Assembly (NCBI GenBank): GCA_964595455.1
Contig: CAZQQL010000003.1
Span: 211-64,210 of the forward strand
Source of the DNA: an uncultured Dehalococcoidaceae bacterium
GTDB lineage: Bacteria; Chloroflexota; Dehalococcoidia; Dehalococcoidales; RBG-16-60-22
DNA length: 64,000 nucleotides
Reading direction: 5' to 3'
Under the pieces are notes generated by a model. It did not search any database and was not told where the DNA came from. It saw only the letters and a list, made by a program, of their open reading frames with translations. Positions within the stretch are counted from its first letter, which is position 1. The number at the start of each line of letters is the position of its first letter. Shown piece by piece: positions 43,927-52,705 of this stretch. Made by a program: the position numbers and the translations under genes.

Positions 43927-45232
43927 CGCTCTCCTCAAGCAACGTGAAACAAGCCTGGAGCACCTGAAGAAGGTACACGGGGAAGACGCTGAAACGCTCA
44001 TCGCGGATGCGCGGTACGGCTTTATCAGCGGCCTCGTCAAGGAAGTCCTGAAGAAACCGGACGTGGAAAAGGTCACGGTCACGGACCGTATCGACCGCAT
44101 CATCCTCAACCGGTGGCTCGGCATCCCGATATTCTTCGCCATACTGTTCGGTGTATTCGAACTGACGTTCACATTGTCCGTTCCGCTCATCGATCTCATC
44201 GACAGCGGCCTTTCCTGGCTCGGAGAACGGGCGGCGGTTATTACGCCGGCATGGCTCGGCAGCCTGGTCGCGGACGGTATTATCGGCGGCGTCGGGGCGG
44301 TGCTGGCCTTCGTGCCGGTTATTTTCCTGCTCTATATCTGTCTTTCCATCCTTGAAGATACGGGATACCTGGCACGGGCGGCCTTCGTCATGGACCGGCT
44401 GATGCACCGGATAGGCCTGCACGGGCGTTCGTTCGTTTCCCTCGTGCTGGGGTTCGGCTGCAGCGTTCCCGCTATCATGTCGACGCGTACCATCGAGAAC
44501 CCGAAGGACCGGCTGGTGACCATACTGGTGACGCCGCTGATGTCCTGCGGCGCCCGGTTGCCGGTCTACGTCCTGCTGGCGGCGGCGTTCTTCACCGCCA
44601 ACCAGGGACTGGTCGTCTTTTCCCTGTACGCCATCGGCGTGGTCATGGCCATACTGCTGGCCTGGCTCTTCCGCAGCCGGCTGGCCAAAGGGGAGTCCGG
44701 TCACTTCGTCATGGAATTACCGCCGTACCGGCTGCCCACGATCCCCAATGTCGCCTCGCACGTCTGGGACAAGGGCTGGGCGTTCATATCACGGGCGGGA
44801 ACGTTCATTTTCGTCGCTGTTTTTATCATCTGGATACTCGATTACTTCGCCGTGCTGGAGCAGGTCGGCCGGGCCATCGCCCCGGTATTCGCCCCCACGG
44901 GCTTCGGGCAATGGCAGTCCGCCGTGGCGCTCATCTTCGGGGTATTTGCCAAGGAAGCTATCGTCGGCGCGTTCGGGACGCTGTTCGCCGGGGCGGACGC
45001 GGCCGGCGGCATGGGTGCGGTCCTGACCGCACAACTCGGTTGGACGCCGCTGATAGCCTACAGCTTCATGCTGATGATACTGCTTTATGTACCGTGTATC
45101 GCCACGCTTTCCATCATCAAGAAGGAAACCGGCTCCTGGAAGTGGACGGTCTTTACAGCAGGTTATACCCTGGTCCTGGGATGGCTGGCGGCGACGCTGG
45201 TCTTCCAGATCGGCAGCCTGCTGGTATCATAA
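43916..45232 (+). CDS. feoB: Ferrous iron transporter FeoB, membrane (gate/permease) piece
   Basis: GTG 43916 overlaps the G-domain ORF by 11 nt. The sequence ADARYGFISGL...DRIILNRWLGIPIFF... plus the TM core continues FeoB colinearly. Confidence 0.9.
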   Translation: MESNALLKQRETSLEHLKKVHGEDAETLIADARYGFISGLVKEVLKKPDVEKVTVTDRIDRIILNRWLGIPIFFAILFGVFELTFTLSVPLIDLIDSGLSWLGERAAVITPAWLGSLVADGIIGGVGAVLAFVPVIFLLYICLSILEDTGYLARAAFVMDRLMHRIGLHGRSFVSLVLGFGCSVPAIMSTRTIENPKDRLVTILVTPLMSCGARLPVYVLLAAAFFTANQGLVVFSLYAIGVVMAILLAWLFRSRLAKGESGHFVMELPPYRLPTIPNVASHVWDKGWAFISRAGTFIFVAVFIIWILDYFAVLEQVGRAIAPVFAPTGFGQWQSAVALIFGVFAKEAIVGAFGTLFAGADAAGGMGAVLTAQLGWTPLIAYSFMLMILLYVPCIATLSIIKKETGSWKWTVFTAGYTLVLGWLAATLVFQIGSLLVS

Positions 45233-45248
45233 CGGGTAGAGGCAAACG

Positions 45249-45500
45249 ATGCTTACGGAGATAATGAAACGGTTCAGGGATGCAGACCATCCCCTGGACG
45301 TGGAGCAATTGGGCCGTGAACTGGGTGTGGACCGGACCGCCCTGGAAGGCATGCTGCTGACGCTGGTCCGGCAGGGAAAGCTGAAAGAGGTGCAGATCGG
45401 TTCCGAGACGTGCGGACGCTGCAGCAAGAGCGATTCCTGCCTGCACCTCAAATCCGGCCTCCTGGGTAAGGTTTACGAGGTCGCGGAGAAATCAGCCTGA
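45249..45500 (+). CDS. feoC: FeoC-like winged-helix protein with a Cys-rich tail
   Basis: 83 aa with blocks LGRELGVDRTALEGMLLTLVRQGKL and CGRCSKSDSC. Confidence 0.6.
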   Translation: MLTEIMKRFRDADHPLDVEQLGRELGVDRTALEGMLLTLVRQGKLKEVQIGSETCGRCSKSDSCLHLKSGLLGKVYEVAEKSA

Positions 45501-45509
45501 CGGGGGTGC

Positions 45510-45899
45510 ATGATGTCGAGGACCGAAGAAAATCTGAAAACGGCTTTCGCGGATGAGAGCCAGACGTATATCGAGTATCTTGCCTACACCCAGCAGGCAA
45601 TCGACGAAGGCAAGACGGAGATCGCCCAATTGTTCCGGGAAGCTGCCGGAGCGGAAGTGGTCCATGCATTGACCCATCTGAAAGCCATGGGCGTGGTAAA
45701 CTCTACCATAGAAAACCTGCAGGAAGCCGCCGAATCCGAGAACCTGGAAGTGGTTTCCATGTACCCCACGTTCATTCGGGAAGCTGAGGAGGAAGGGCGG
45801 GAAGACGCTGCGGCCTCGTTCCGCATCGCCTTCGAGCGAGAAAAGCACCACCGGGACATGTTCCGGTCGGCCCTCAAGAAACTGGGAGACAATGGATAG
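45510..45899 (+). CDS. Rubrerythrin-like ferritin-domain protein (no rubredoxin domain)
   Basis: 129 aa with NLKTAFADESQTYIEY and E..H pairs. Confidence 0.75.
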   Translation: MMSRTEENLKTAFADESQTYIEYLAYTQQAIDEGKTEIAQLFREAAGAEVVHALTHLKAMGVVNSTIENLQEAAESENLEVVSMYPTFIREAEEEGREDAAASFRIAFEREKHHRDMFRSALKKLGDNG

Positions 45900-46623
45900 C
45901 AACATAGAAAAACTGGCGCGATGGATGGCCGAGGCGCGGCACATCGTCGTCTTCACCGGGGCGGGCATCAGCACGGAGTCCGGCCTGCGCGATTTCCGGG
46001 GGCCAGACGGCGTCTGGACGAGGCGTGACAGGGGACTGGACACGCCGAAACAGGACTTTAGCAAAGCTCAGCCCAACGCGGGACATTACGCCATCAAGGA
46101 ACTGGAAGATATGGGGAAGCTCGACTTTCTCATCTCCCAGAACGTGGACAATCTCCACCTCAAGTCCGGCATCGACCCCGACAACATAGCGGAACTGCAC
46201 GGCAACCTGACCAGGGTGCGCTGTTCTATCTGCGGGTTCGTCATGGACCGGATGGAAGGCGAGTGGGAGTGCCCCATCTGCAAGGGCAAGCTCGTTTCCA
46301 CGGTGGTGGACTTCGGGATGGAGTTGCCGAAAAAAGACCTCGATGCAGCCTACGAACACGCCGGGGATGCGGACCTGTTCATCGTGGCGGGTTCGAGCCT
46401 GGTCGTCCACCCGGCGGCGGATATTCCGAGGGCCGCTCTCCAGAATGGAGCGAAGCTGGTCATCATCAACCAGGGCGAAACGCCGTACGATCGGGAGGCG
46501 CATCTACGGTTCGACAGCTCCACCGGCGAGGTCCTCAGAGAAGCGGTCAAGCGGTTGAAGGAAATATCGCCTTCAAGCCGTGGCATCAAGAGCATGGGTA
46601 ACCCGCCAGGGGATGAGTTCTAG
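45892..46623 (+). CDS. cobB: NAD-dependent protein deacylase, Sir2 family
   Basis: Blocks FTGAGISTESGLRDFRG and QNVDNLH, plus the Zn ribbon CSIC...CPIC. Confidence 0.9.
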   Translation: MDSNIEKLARWMAEARHIVVFTGAGISTESGLRDFRGPDGVWTRRDRGLDTPKQDFSKAQPNAGHYAIKELEDMGKLDFLISQNVDNLHLKSGIDPDNIAELHGNLTRVRCSICGFVMDRMEGEWECPICKGKLVSTVVDFGMELPKKDLDAAYEHAGDADLFIVAGSSLVVHPAADIPRAALQNGAKLVIINQGETPYDREAHLRFDSSTGEVLREAVKRLKEISPSSRGIKSMGNPPGDEF

Positions 46624-47384
46624 GCGGGTTCTTCGCCGGAAGTCCACTCGTAGACCGTGCTCGACCAGATGCGGGTCACGGCTTTTTCCAGCACCGGCAG
46701 GCGCGGGTCCGGGATGTCCAGCAGCGGGGGCAGTTCCGGCGTTTTAATGCGGGAGATGAACTCGCACTGCTTTTTGAAAATTTCCACCGTGGTCCAGGCG
46801 CCGCCGTAGACCATGTAATCCATCTCTTTCAGGTGTGGTTCCAGGTGTTCCCTCGCGTGGCCGCAGAGACGGGTCATGAAGTATTCGGTCTGTTTTTCGC
46901 GGTGCCGACGGAAACGGTTGGCGGAAGAGCCGCCTTTATGGTGGCGCGCGTGGATGTTGCCGGTACCGACCTTGCTGGACATCAGCTTTTCACCCTTCGC
47001 TACGCCGACGGCGTAAGCTCCCAGCCGTACCAGCACCACGCCTATCAGATAGTCATAGCTGAGCAGTTCGTGCAGGACGCTGACGTCGATGCCGGGGGTA
47101 ATGCAGGTGGTGGCAATGGGGAACGGCGGATGGACGAGGTACTTGTGCTTCTCGCTCCAGATGATGACCGTGCCGGCAGTGGCCTTTCCCGCGTGGTAGG
47201 TGCACTGCTCGACGATTTCCGGACGGGCGGGTACCTGCCTGACATGGCGCTGGATGTCCTCCGGCGAAACGTCATGCTTGAGGGAGATGGTGACGCCTGC
47301 GGCATCCGGTTCCGCGCCGAGTTCTTTCAGCCAGGCCAGCATCCTGATGCGATTGAGTATTCTTTTTTGCGCGGTATTGGTCAT
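46620..47384 (-). CDS. eRF1-fold / VLRF1 (Vms1-like release factor)-like protein, tentative
   Basis: 254 aa from MTNTAQK (47384). The block VVLVRLGAYAVGVAKGEKLMSSKVGTGNIHARHHKGGSSANRFRRHREKQ resembles, as I remember it, the bacterial VLRF1 pattern (LVR.GG.AVGV...SK......GR..GG.SQ.RF.RRR..Q). The expected Gln is not obvious. Confidence 0.45.
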   Translation of the reverse strand: MTNTAQKRILNRIRMLAWLKELGAEPDAAGVTISLKHDVSPEDIQRHVRQVPARPEIVEQCTYHAGKATAGTVIIWSEKHKYLVHPPFPIATTCITPGIDVSVLHELLSYDYLIGVVLVRLGAYAVGVAKGEKLMSSKVGTGNIHARHHKGGSSANRFRRHREKQTEYFMTRLCGHAREHLEPHLKEMDYMVYGGAWTTVEIFKKQCEFISRIKTPELPPLLDIPDPRLPVLEKAVTRIWSSTVYEWTSGEEPA

Positions 47385-47405
47385 ATATACCTGTGGGCCA
47401 TAGTT

Positions 47406-47496
47406 AAATCCCCCTTTGTCCCCCTTTACGAAAGTGGGACAATCAATCGTGCTGGGCGACACATGCATGGCTAATCCTGCACTATCGTCTTCCTTG
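47406..47496. repeat. ~100-nt intergenic repeat element (copy 2 of 2)
   Basis: Shares GGGACAATCAATCGTGCT (47436-47453) and CACTATCGTCTTCCT (47480-47494) with 19750-19856. It lies between mutS2 and the VLRF1-like gene. Confidence 0.7.
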
Positions 47497-47538
47497 AAAA
47501 GGAAGATGGGGAAGGATTTGCCCTCGACATAACTTGAT

Positions 47539-49893
47539 TCACATCTTCACAACCGTCGCCCCATCGCCGCCTTCATCACGATCGCCGGCTCGGAAGGACC
47601 TGGCTAGCGGGTGATGGAGCAGGAAGTCCCGCACGATGCTCCGCACCGTGCCGGTGCCGATGCCGTGGATGATGCGGACCTCCGGCAGATTGGCCTGCGC
47701 GGCCTCGTTCAGGTAGGAATCCAGCAGCGGCTCGATCTCGTCGGCGCGCTTGCCCCGCAGGTCGAGTTCTCTCGGCGCATACCGGTTAGGCGGCATGATC
47801 TCTCTTGGCGGCGTCGCTTTGATCGGTCCGGTTACTTTAGCCACGCTGTCCAGGCTGATCCGCAGCTTGGTGCGTCCGGACTGTACTTCCACTTCTCCGG
47901 AATCCCCGGAAACGGAAAGGACGGTGGCCGTCATGCCCACTTCCTTGAGACGTACTGTATCGCCGGGATGTATCTCTTCCGATTCTTCGGCGGCAGCTTC
48001 CCCGGTGCGAGGCTGCCACTGCGGGGTTTCGAGCTGTTCACGCACCCTGGATAAGGTCTGCTTCGCCTGTTCGACCCTTTCAGAGGATTTTTCCTTGCGG
48101 ATATCGGCGGCGGCCTGGCGCAGTTCCCGGTGCAGTTCCGCGGCTTCCCGGACGACGGCGTCTCGGGCGTCCCGGATGGCCTTCTGCTCCTCGTTCTTGA
48201 GCCGTTCGATCTCTTTGGCCATTTCGGCGTTGCGTTTGCTGAGTTCCCGGCGTTCTTTTTCCGCGTCCCGGTTCAGTTCCGCCAGTCTCTGTTTTTCCGC
48301 CTGGAGGTTGTTCAGGAGTTCTTCCAGCTCCTGCCCGCCGCTGGTGGTGCGGGTGCGGGCGTCATCGATAATCGACTGCGGGATGCCGAGACGGGCGGCG
48401 GTGGCGATGGCGTTGCTGCCGCCGGGAATGCCGATGGTAAGCTTGTACGTCGGGGCCATGCGCACGGGATCGAAGTCGAGAGACGCGTTCTCCATGCGCT
48501 CCGTGGCGTGGGCGAAGGCCTTGAGGTCGCTGAAATGCGTCGTCGAGACAGTCACCGTCCCATGGTCTTTGAAGTATTTGAGGATGGCCTGGGCGAGGGC
48601 GGAGCCTTCCGCGGGGTCGGTGCTCGTGCCGAGTTCGTCCAGCAGCACCAGGCTTTTAGCGGTGGCCTGCTTGATGATGCGGTTGATGTTGCCCATGTGC
48701 CAGGAGAAGGTGGACAGGGTCTGCTCGATGCTCTGCTCGTCCCCGATGTCCGCGAAAACACTGTCGAAAATGGGCAGGTGGCTTTCCGGCGCCGCTGGAA
48801 TGGGGATACCGGACTGGGCCATGAGGCTCAGCAGGCCGATGGTCTTGAGCGTCACGGTTTTACCGCCGGTGTTGGGGCCGGTGATGATGAGGACGTCGTA
48901 GTCGCGGCCCAGTTCCACGGAAAACGGCACAGCTTTATCACCCAGCAGGGGATGCCGGGCATTCACCAGCTTTACATAACCGGTACGTTTCGGTGCGCCG
49001 GCCTCCGGCTCGATGATCTCGGGCTCGGTAGCCCTGATGCGGGCGGCGAACCGGGCCTTGGCCATGATGAGGTCCAGTTCCGCGGCTATTTCTATGTTGC
49101 GGGAGATGTCCTCGGCGTTCGCCCCGACTTCAGCGGTAAGTAGCCTGAGGACGCGCTCGACCTCCCGGCGTTCTTCGATAATGAGTTCCCGCATGGCGTT
49201 GCCCAGACCGACGGTGATGGTGGGTTCGATGAAGACGGTCGCCCCGGTGTTGGAGATGTCATGGACGATGCCTTTGACGTCATGCCGGTTCTCCATCTTG
49301 ACCAGGATGACGTAGCGTCCTTCCCGTTCGGTAATGATGTCTTCCTGGAGGATTTTCGAGCCGCGCGGGGAACGGATGATGTGTTCGAGTTTTTCCAGGA
49401 TCTGCCCGCGGGTTTCCCGGAGCTGGCGGCGAATATCGGCCAGGGCGGGGGAGGCGGTATCGAGCACCTCGCCGCCGGGGTCGATGCAGGACTGGATGTC
49501 TTTCTCGATCTGGCGGAGTTCGGTGATGCCCTCGGCGATGCCCCAGAGCAGAGGGAAATCCAGGCTGATGCTTTTCAGATAGCGGCGCAGTTCGTGCAAT
49601 ACGAACAGGGCGTGTTGGATCTCCAGCAGACTCAAAGTATCGAGGATGCCTTCCAACGCGGCCAGCCGGGCTTTAGGCCGGATATCGGTGATATCGCCGA
49701 TGGAAAAACCGCGGTCCGTCTGGAGCAAGCGGCGGGCTTCCGCGGTAAAGGTGAAAGCGCGCTGGATGTCCGCGGCGTTACGCGTGGGCGCGAGTTGTTC
49801 CGCCAGTTCCCTGCCGCCGGAAAACGCGGCGTACCCGGATATCATCTCCCGGATGCGGGGGAATTCGAGCATTTCAAGGCTTTTATTGTCCAT
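47539..49893 (-). CDS. mutS2: Endonuclease MutS2 (MutS ATPase paralog with C-terminal Smr domain)
   Basis: 784 aa. Walker A ITGPNTGGKT, then LLDELGTSTDP, and the Smr block LDLRGKRADE...VRIIHGIGTG. Confidence 0.95.
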   Translation of the reverse strand: MDNKSLEMLEFPRIREMISGYAAFSGGRELAEQLAPTRNAADIQRAFTFTAEARRLLQTDRGFSIGDITDIRPKARLAALEGILDTLSLLEIQHALFVLHELRRYLKSISLDFPLLWGIAEGITELRQIEKDIQSCIDPGGEVLDTASPALADIRRQLRETRGQILEKLEHIIRSPRGSKILQEDIITEREGRYVILVKMENRHDVKGIVHDISNTGATVFIEPTITVGLGNAMRELIIEERREVERVLRLLTAEVGANAEDISRNIEIAAELDLIMAKARFAARIRATEPEIIEPEAGAPKRTGYVKLVNARHPLLGDKAVPFSVELGRDYDVLIITGPNTGGKTVTLKTIGLLSLMAQSGIPIPAAPESHLPIFDSVFADIGDEQSIEQTLSTFSWHMGNINRIIKQATAKSLVLLDELGTSTDPAEGSALAQAILKYFKDHGTVTVSTTHFSDLKAFAHATERMENASLDFDPVRMAPTYKLTIGIPGGSNAIATAARLGIPQSIIDDARTRTTSGGQELEELLNNLQAEKQRLAELNRDAEKERRELSKRNAEMAKEIERLKNEEQKAIRDARDAVVREAAELHRELRQAAADIRKEKSSERVEQAKQTLSRVREQLETPQWQPRTGEAAAEESEEIHPGDTVRLKEVGMTATVLSVSGDSGEVEVQSGRTKLRISLDSVAKVTGPIKATPPREIMPPNRYAPRELDLRGKRADEIEPLLDSYLNEAAQANLPEVRIIHGIGTGTVRSIVRDFLLHHPLARSFRAGDRDEGGDGATVVKM

Positions 49894-50089
49894 GTTTGTC
49901 CGGAGAAATCCTTCCCGTCTCCCTTTTGAAAGGCAGGCGATAGCGGTGCTTGTTACTGTCTATTCCTGCAACTCCCTGTACGATCGCCGGGAGTCAAAGT
50001 TATGAACTATCCACTTACATCATAAGACCCGCACCGATGCACACAGCTTTTCATTATATCACGAACGACTTGAAAATGGAGGGAATCAG

Positions 50090-50124
50090 ACCAAAAAAGA
50101 ACGGAGGGGCGGTGAGACCCCTCC
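50090..50124 (-). terminator. Rho-independent terminator after the chagasin-like gene
   Basis: On the minus strand: GGAGGGG-TCTCACCG-CCCCTCC followed by GTTCTTTTTTGG. Confidence 0.75.
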
Positions 50125-50151
50125 GCAAGGAAGGAAGTATGGCAACGAACG

Positions 50152-50631
50152 TTACTGCACGGTTACATTGATGGTCAGGGTGTATTCACCCTTCTCGCCG
50201 CCTTCCCAGGGGCGACTGTAGTCGAAGGTGATGGTTGCGGTTCCGGCTTCCATGGAGTCGAATACCCACACATCCTTGCCGGGCGCGCCGACGACGCCTT
50301 CATCAGACGGTTCTACAAACTGGTGCGAGACCTGCTTCATCGCGCTGCCGGTCAAATCCGCGTTTTCTTCCCAGGTGTAGCCGGTGGTCGGGTTGGCGCC
50401 AAGGGTCACGATAAGGGAACCGGGTTTCACAATGGTGATGTCTTTGGTGATGTGCTTTTCGGCAGCGAAGTCATCGAGCGTGATTTCTACCGTCTTGGCT
50501 TCTTCTCCGCCGTTCAGGGGCGGAACGGACTGATTATTGTCCGTCTTGCCGGTCGCTCCCGCCGTACATCCTACGGCGATTAGGGGGAGCAGGAGTAAGG
50601 AAATGAGACCCAGGAACACTATGCGTTTCAT
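50152..50631 (-). CDS. Chagasin-family (I42) cysteine peptidase inhibitor, lipoprotein
   Basis: 159 aa. Lipobox IAVGC and the family loops NPTTGYTW, GAPG and RPW. Confidence 0.75.
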   Translation of the reverse strand: MKRIVFLGLISLLLLPLIAVGCTAGATGKTDNNQSVPPLNGGEEAKTVEITLDDFAAEKHITKDITIVKPGSLIVTLGANPTTGYTWEENADLTGSAMKQVSHQFVEPSDEGVVGAPGKDVWVFDSMEAGTATITFDYSRPWEGGEKGEYTLTINVTVQ

Positions 50632-50679
50632 TTGTTAGCCTCCTTGGCTGTAAATTTCTCTTTTCACCAGATACAACGC

Positions 50680-50711
50680 AAAAAAATCCCGGCGGGATAG
50701 GCCCCGCCGGG
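50680..50711 (-). terminator. Rho-independent terminator after the efflux operon
   Basis: On the minus strand: CCCGGCGGG-GCCTAT-CCCGCCGGG followed by ATTTTTTTG. Confidence 0.8.
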
Positions 50712-50746
50712 ACATAATTTTTCACTCTCTGGAGAAAGGATGCCTG

Positions 50747-52036
50747 CTAATCAGACCTGAGGGCTTCTATAGGATCGAGGCGTGCCGCGTTCCAGGCCGG
50801 GTAGAACCCGAAGAACAAGCCGATGGCCACGGACACACCGACGGCCATGAAGACGACGTCTGCCGTAACCAGTGTCGGCATGACATCCATGGCATTGATA
50901 AGATAGGATACCCCCCACCCGGCGGCGACGCCGATAATGCCGCCCGCCAGGGTCAGCAATGACGCTTCGATAAGAAACTGCACCCAGATGTCTGGTTCCT
51001 TGGCCCCGAGGGCTTTGCGGATGCCTATCTCACGGGTACGTTCCAGGACGGATACGAGCATGATGTTCATGACGCCGATGCCGCCGACGAGGAGGGATAT
51101 GCCGGCGATGGCCCCGAGCAGCAGGTTCATGGTAGCGGATGTTTCCTCGAAGGCCTCGATGATATCGTTCATGGAGGTGATACTGAAGTCGTCATCATCG
51201 GTGTCCATAAGGCCGTGGCGGTCACGGAGCAGGGTGGTGACATCATCGACGACCTGGTCAGAGTACTTTTCGTCCGTGGTTTTCAGGCTGATACTACTGA
51301 CAATAAGTTCGCCCTGCGCCGTCTTCGTCTTGGAAAAGGTCTGCTGGAGAGTTTTCAATGGAATATAGACGAAAGAATCCATGAAGCTGACCTCTTCACC
51401 CGTGGGCTCGAGGACGCCGATCACGGTGAAGACTATTGTACCTATCCTGATGTTCTGACCGACGGCCTGTTCTCCGACGAACAGCGTCTCAGCGACGTAG
51501 GCGCCGATGACCGCCACCCGGGCGCTCCTTTCGTTCTCGTCATCATTGAAGAATGAACCGATGGACATCTCGATGTCCTGTACTTCCGCATAGGAAGGGG
51601 TCGCGCCGGTGATAGAAGCGTACATGTCCGTGCCGCTGAAAATCACCTGCTGGCTGGTGGAAGAGGAACAGGCGACCGCGGCGATATTATCCACTTCCTC
51701 CTCGATGGCGTCCGCGTCTTCCTGGGTGAGGCCGGTGGAGATATTGGAGAAACTTGTCCTGGTCATTGACGTGTACGTGCCGCCGGGGCCGAACGCGGTC
51801 ACCGACCGGCCCATCCCGCCGCTGCTGCTGATCGTTACCAGGTTCGATCCCATGCTTTGGATATTGTCCAGGATCTGCTGGGTGGTCCCTTTGCCCACGG
51901 ACATCAGGGCGATCACCGCTCCGACACCGATGACGATGCCGAGAATGGTCAGGAAACTGCGCAGCTTGTGGGTGATAACGCCGGTCAGCGCCGAAGAAAC
52001 GGGGTCCCAGAGTTTACCGAAAAAGCTTCTTTTCAT
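50747..52036 (-). CDS. ABC transporter permease, MacB/FtsX type
   Basis: 429 aa. TM1, a large extracytoplasmic domain, then the C-terminal FtsX block REIGIRKALGA. Confidence 0.85.
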   Translation of the reverse strand: MKRSFFGKLWDPVSSALTGVITHKLRSFLTILGIVIGVGAVIALMSVGKGTTQQILDNIQSMGSNLVTISSSGGMGRSVTAFGPGGTYTSMTRTSFSNISTGLTQEDADAIEEEVDNIAAVACSSSTSQQVIFSGTDMYASITGATPSYAEVQDIEMSIGSFFNDDENERSARVAVIGAYVAETLFVGEQAVGQNIRIGTIVFTVIGVLEPTGEEVSFMDSFVYIPLKTLQQTFSKTKTAQGELIVSSISLKTTDEKYSDQVVDDVTTLLRDRHGLMDTDDDDFSITSMNDIIEAFEETSATMNLLLGAIAGISLLVGGIGVMNIMLVSVLERTREIGIRKALGAKEPDIWVQFLIEASLLTLAGGIIGVAAGWGVSYLINAMDVMPTLVTADVVFMAVGVSVAIGLFFGFYPAWNAARLDPIEALRSD

Positions 52037-52701
52037 GCTGCGTCCCCGGTGGAGACCTGGCCGTCTCTGATAAAGATGGTGCGCTGACAGTAAGCGGCAA
52101 CGTCCGGGTCATGGGTGATCATGACCATCGTGATGTCCTGTTCGGCGTGTAGTTCCCGCAGGATGCGGATGACCTCAGCCCCGGACTTGCTGTCGAGGTT
52201 GCCGGTGGGTTCGTCGGCGAGGACGAGGGGCGGTTTCTTGACCAGCGCCCGCGCGATGGCGACGCGCTGCTGTTCGCCGCCGGACATCTCGGATGGCCGG
52301 TGATGGATACGGTCGGCCAGCCCGACCCGGGCGAGGGCTTCCGCCGCCCGGGTGTGGTCGATACCGCCGGAATAACGCATGCCCATCTCCACATTGGCGA
52401 TGGCGGAGAGACGGGAAAGCAGGTTGAAGTTCTGGAAGATGAACCCTATCTTGTTGGCACGGATGGCAGCGAGTTCCTTCTTGCTGAGGCGGCTGACTTC
52501 CGCCCCGTCCAGGACATAGCTGCCGGTGGTGGGCCGGTCCAAACATCCCAGCAGGTTGAGCATGGTGGATTTCCCGGACCCGGAGGGTCCCATGATGGCC
52601 ACCAGTTCTCCCTTCTTTATTTCCAGGGTGATGCCGCGCAGGACGGGAAGTTCGCGTTTACCCATGGGGTACACTTTCGTGATGTCGTGCAACTGGATCA
52701 T
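52033..52701 (-). CDS. ABC transporter ATP-binding protein, MacB/LolD type
   Basis: The start is taken at MIQLHDITKVY (52701), preceded by GGGAGGA. Motifs GPSGSGKST, LSGGEQQR and LLADEPTGNLD. Confidence 0.9.
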   Translation of the reverse strand: MIQLHDITKVYPMGKRELPVLRGITLEIKKGELVAIMGPSGSGKSTMLNLLGCLDRPTTGSYVLDGAEVSRLSKKELAAIRANKIGFIFQNFNLLSRLSAIANVEMGMRYSGGIDHTRAAEALARVGLADRIHHRPSEMSGGEQQRVAIARALVKKPPLVLADEPTGNLDSKSGAEVIRILRELHAEQDITMVMITHDPDVAAYCQRTIFIRDGQVSTGDAA

Positions 52702-52705
52702 ACGG

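Noticed and set aside
43892-44704. 270-aa minus-strand ORF
   Set aside because: It is antisense to the feoB membrane domain and shows no motifs.
45892-46623. Sir2-domain gene considered as a defence (SIR2-effector) candidate
   Set aside because: It is a short canonical CobB-type deacylase with an intact GAGIS/QNVDNLH motif set and Zn ribbon. It has host-like GC and no partner gene, so it looks like a housekeeping gene.
47750-49143. Long plus-strand ORFs (383 aa and 337 aa) inside mutS2
   Set aside because: They are antisense to a fully motif-supported mutS2 and have Ser/Arg/Ala-rich artefact composition.
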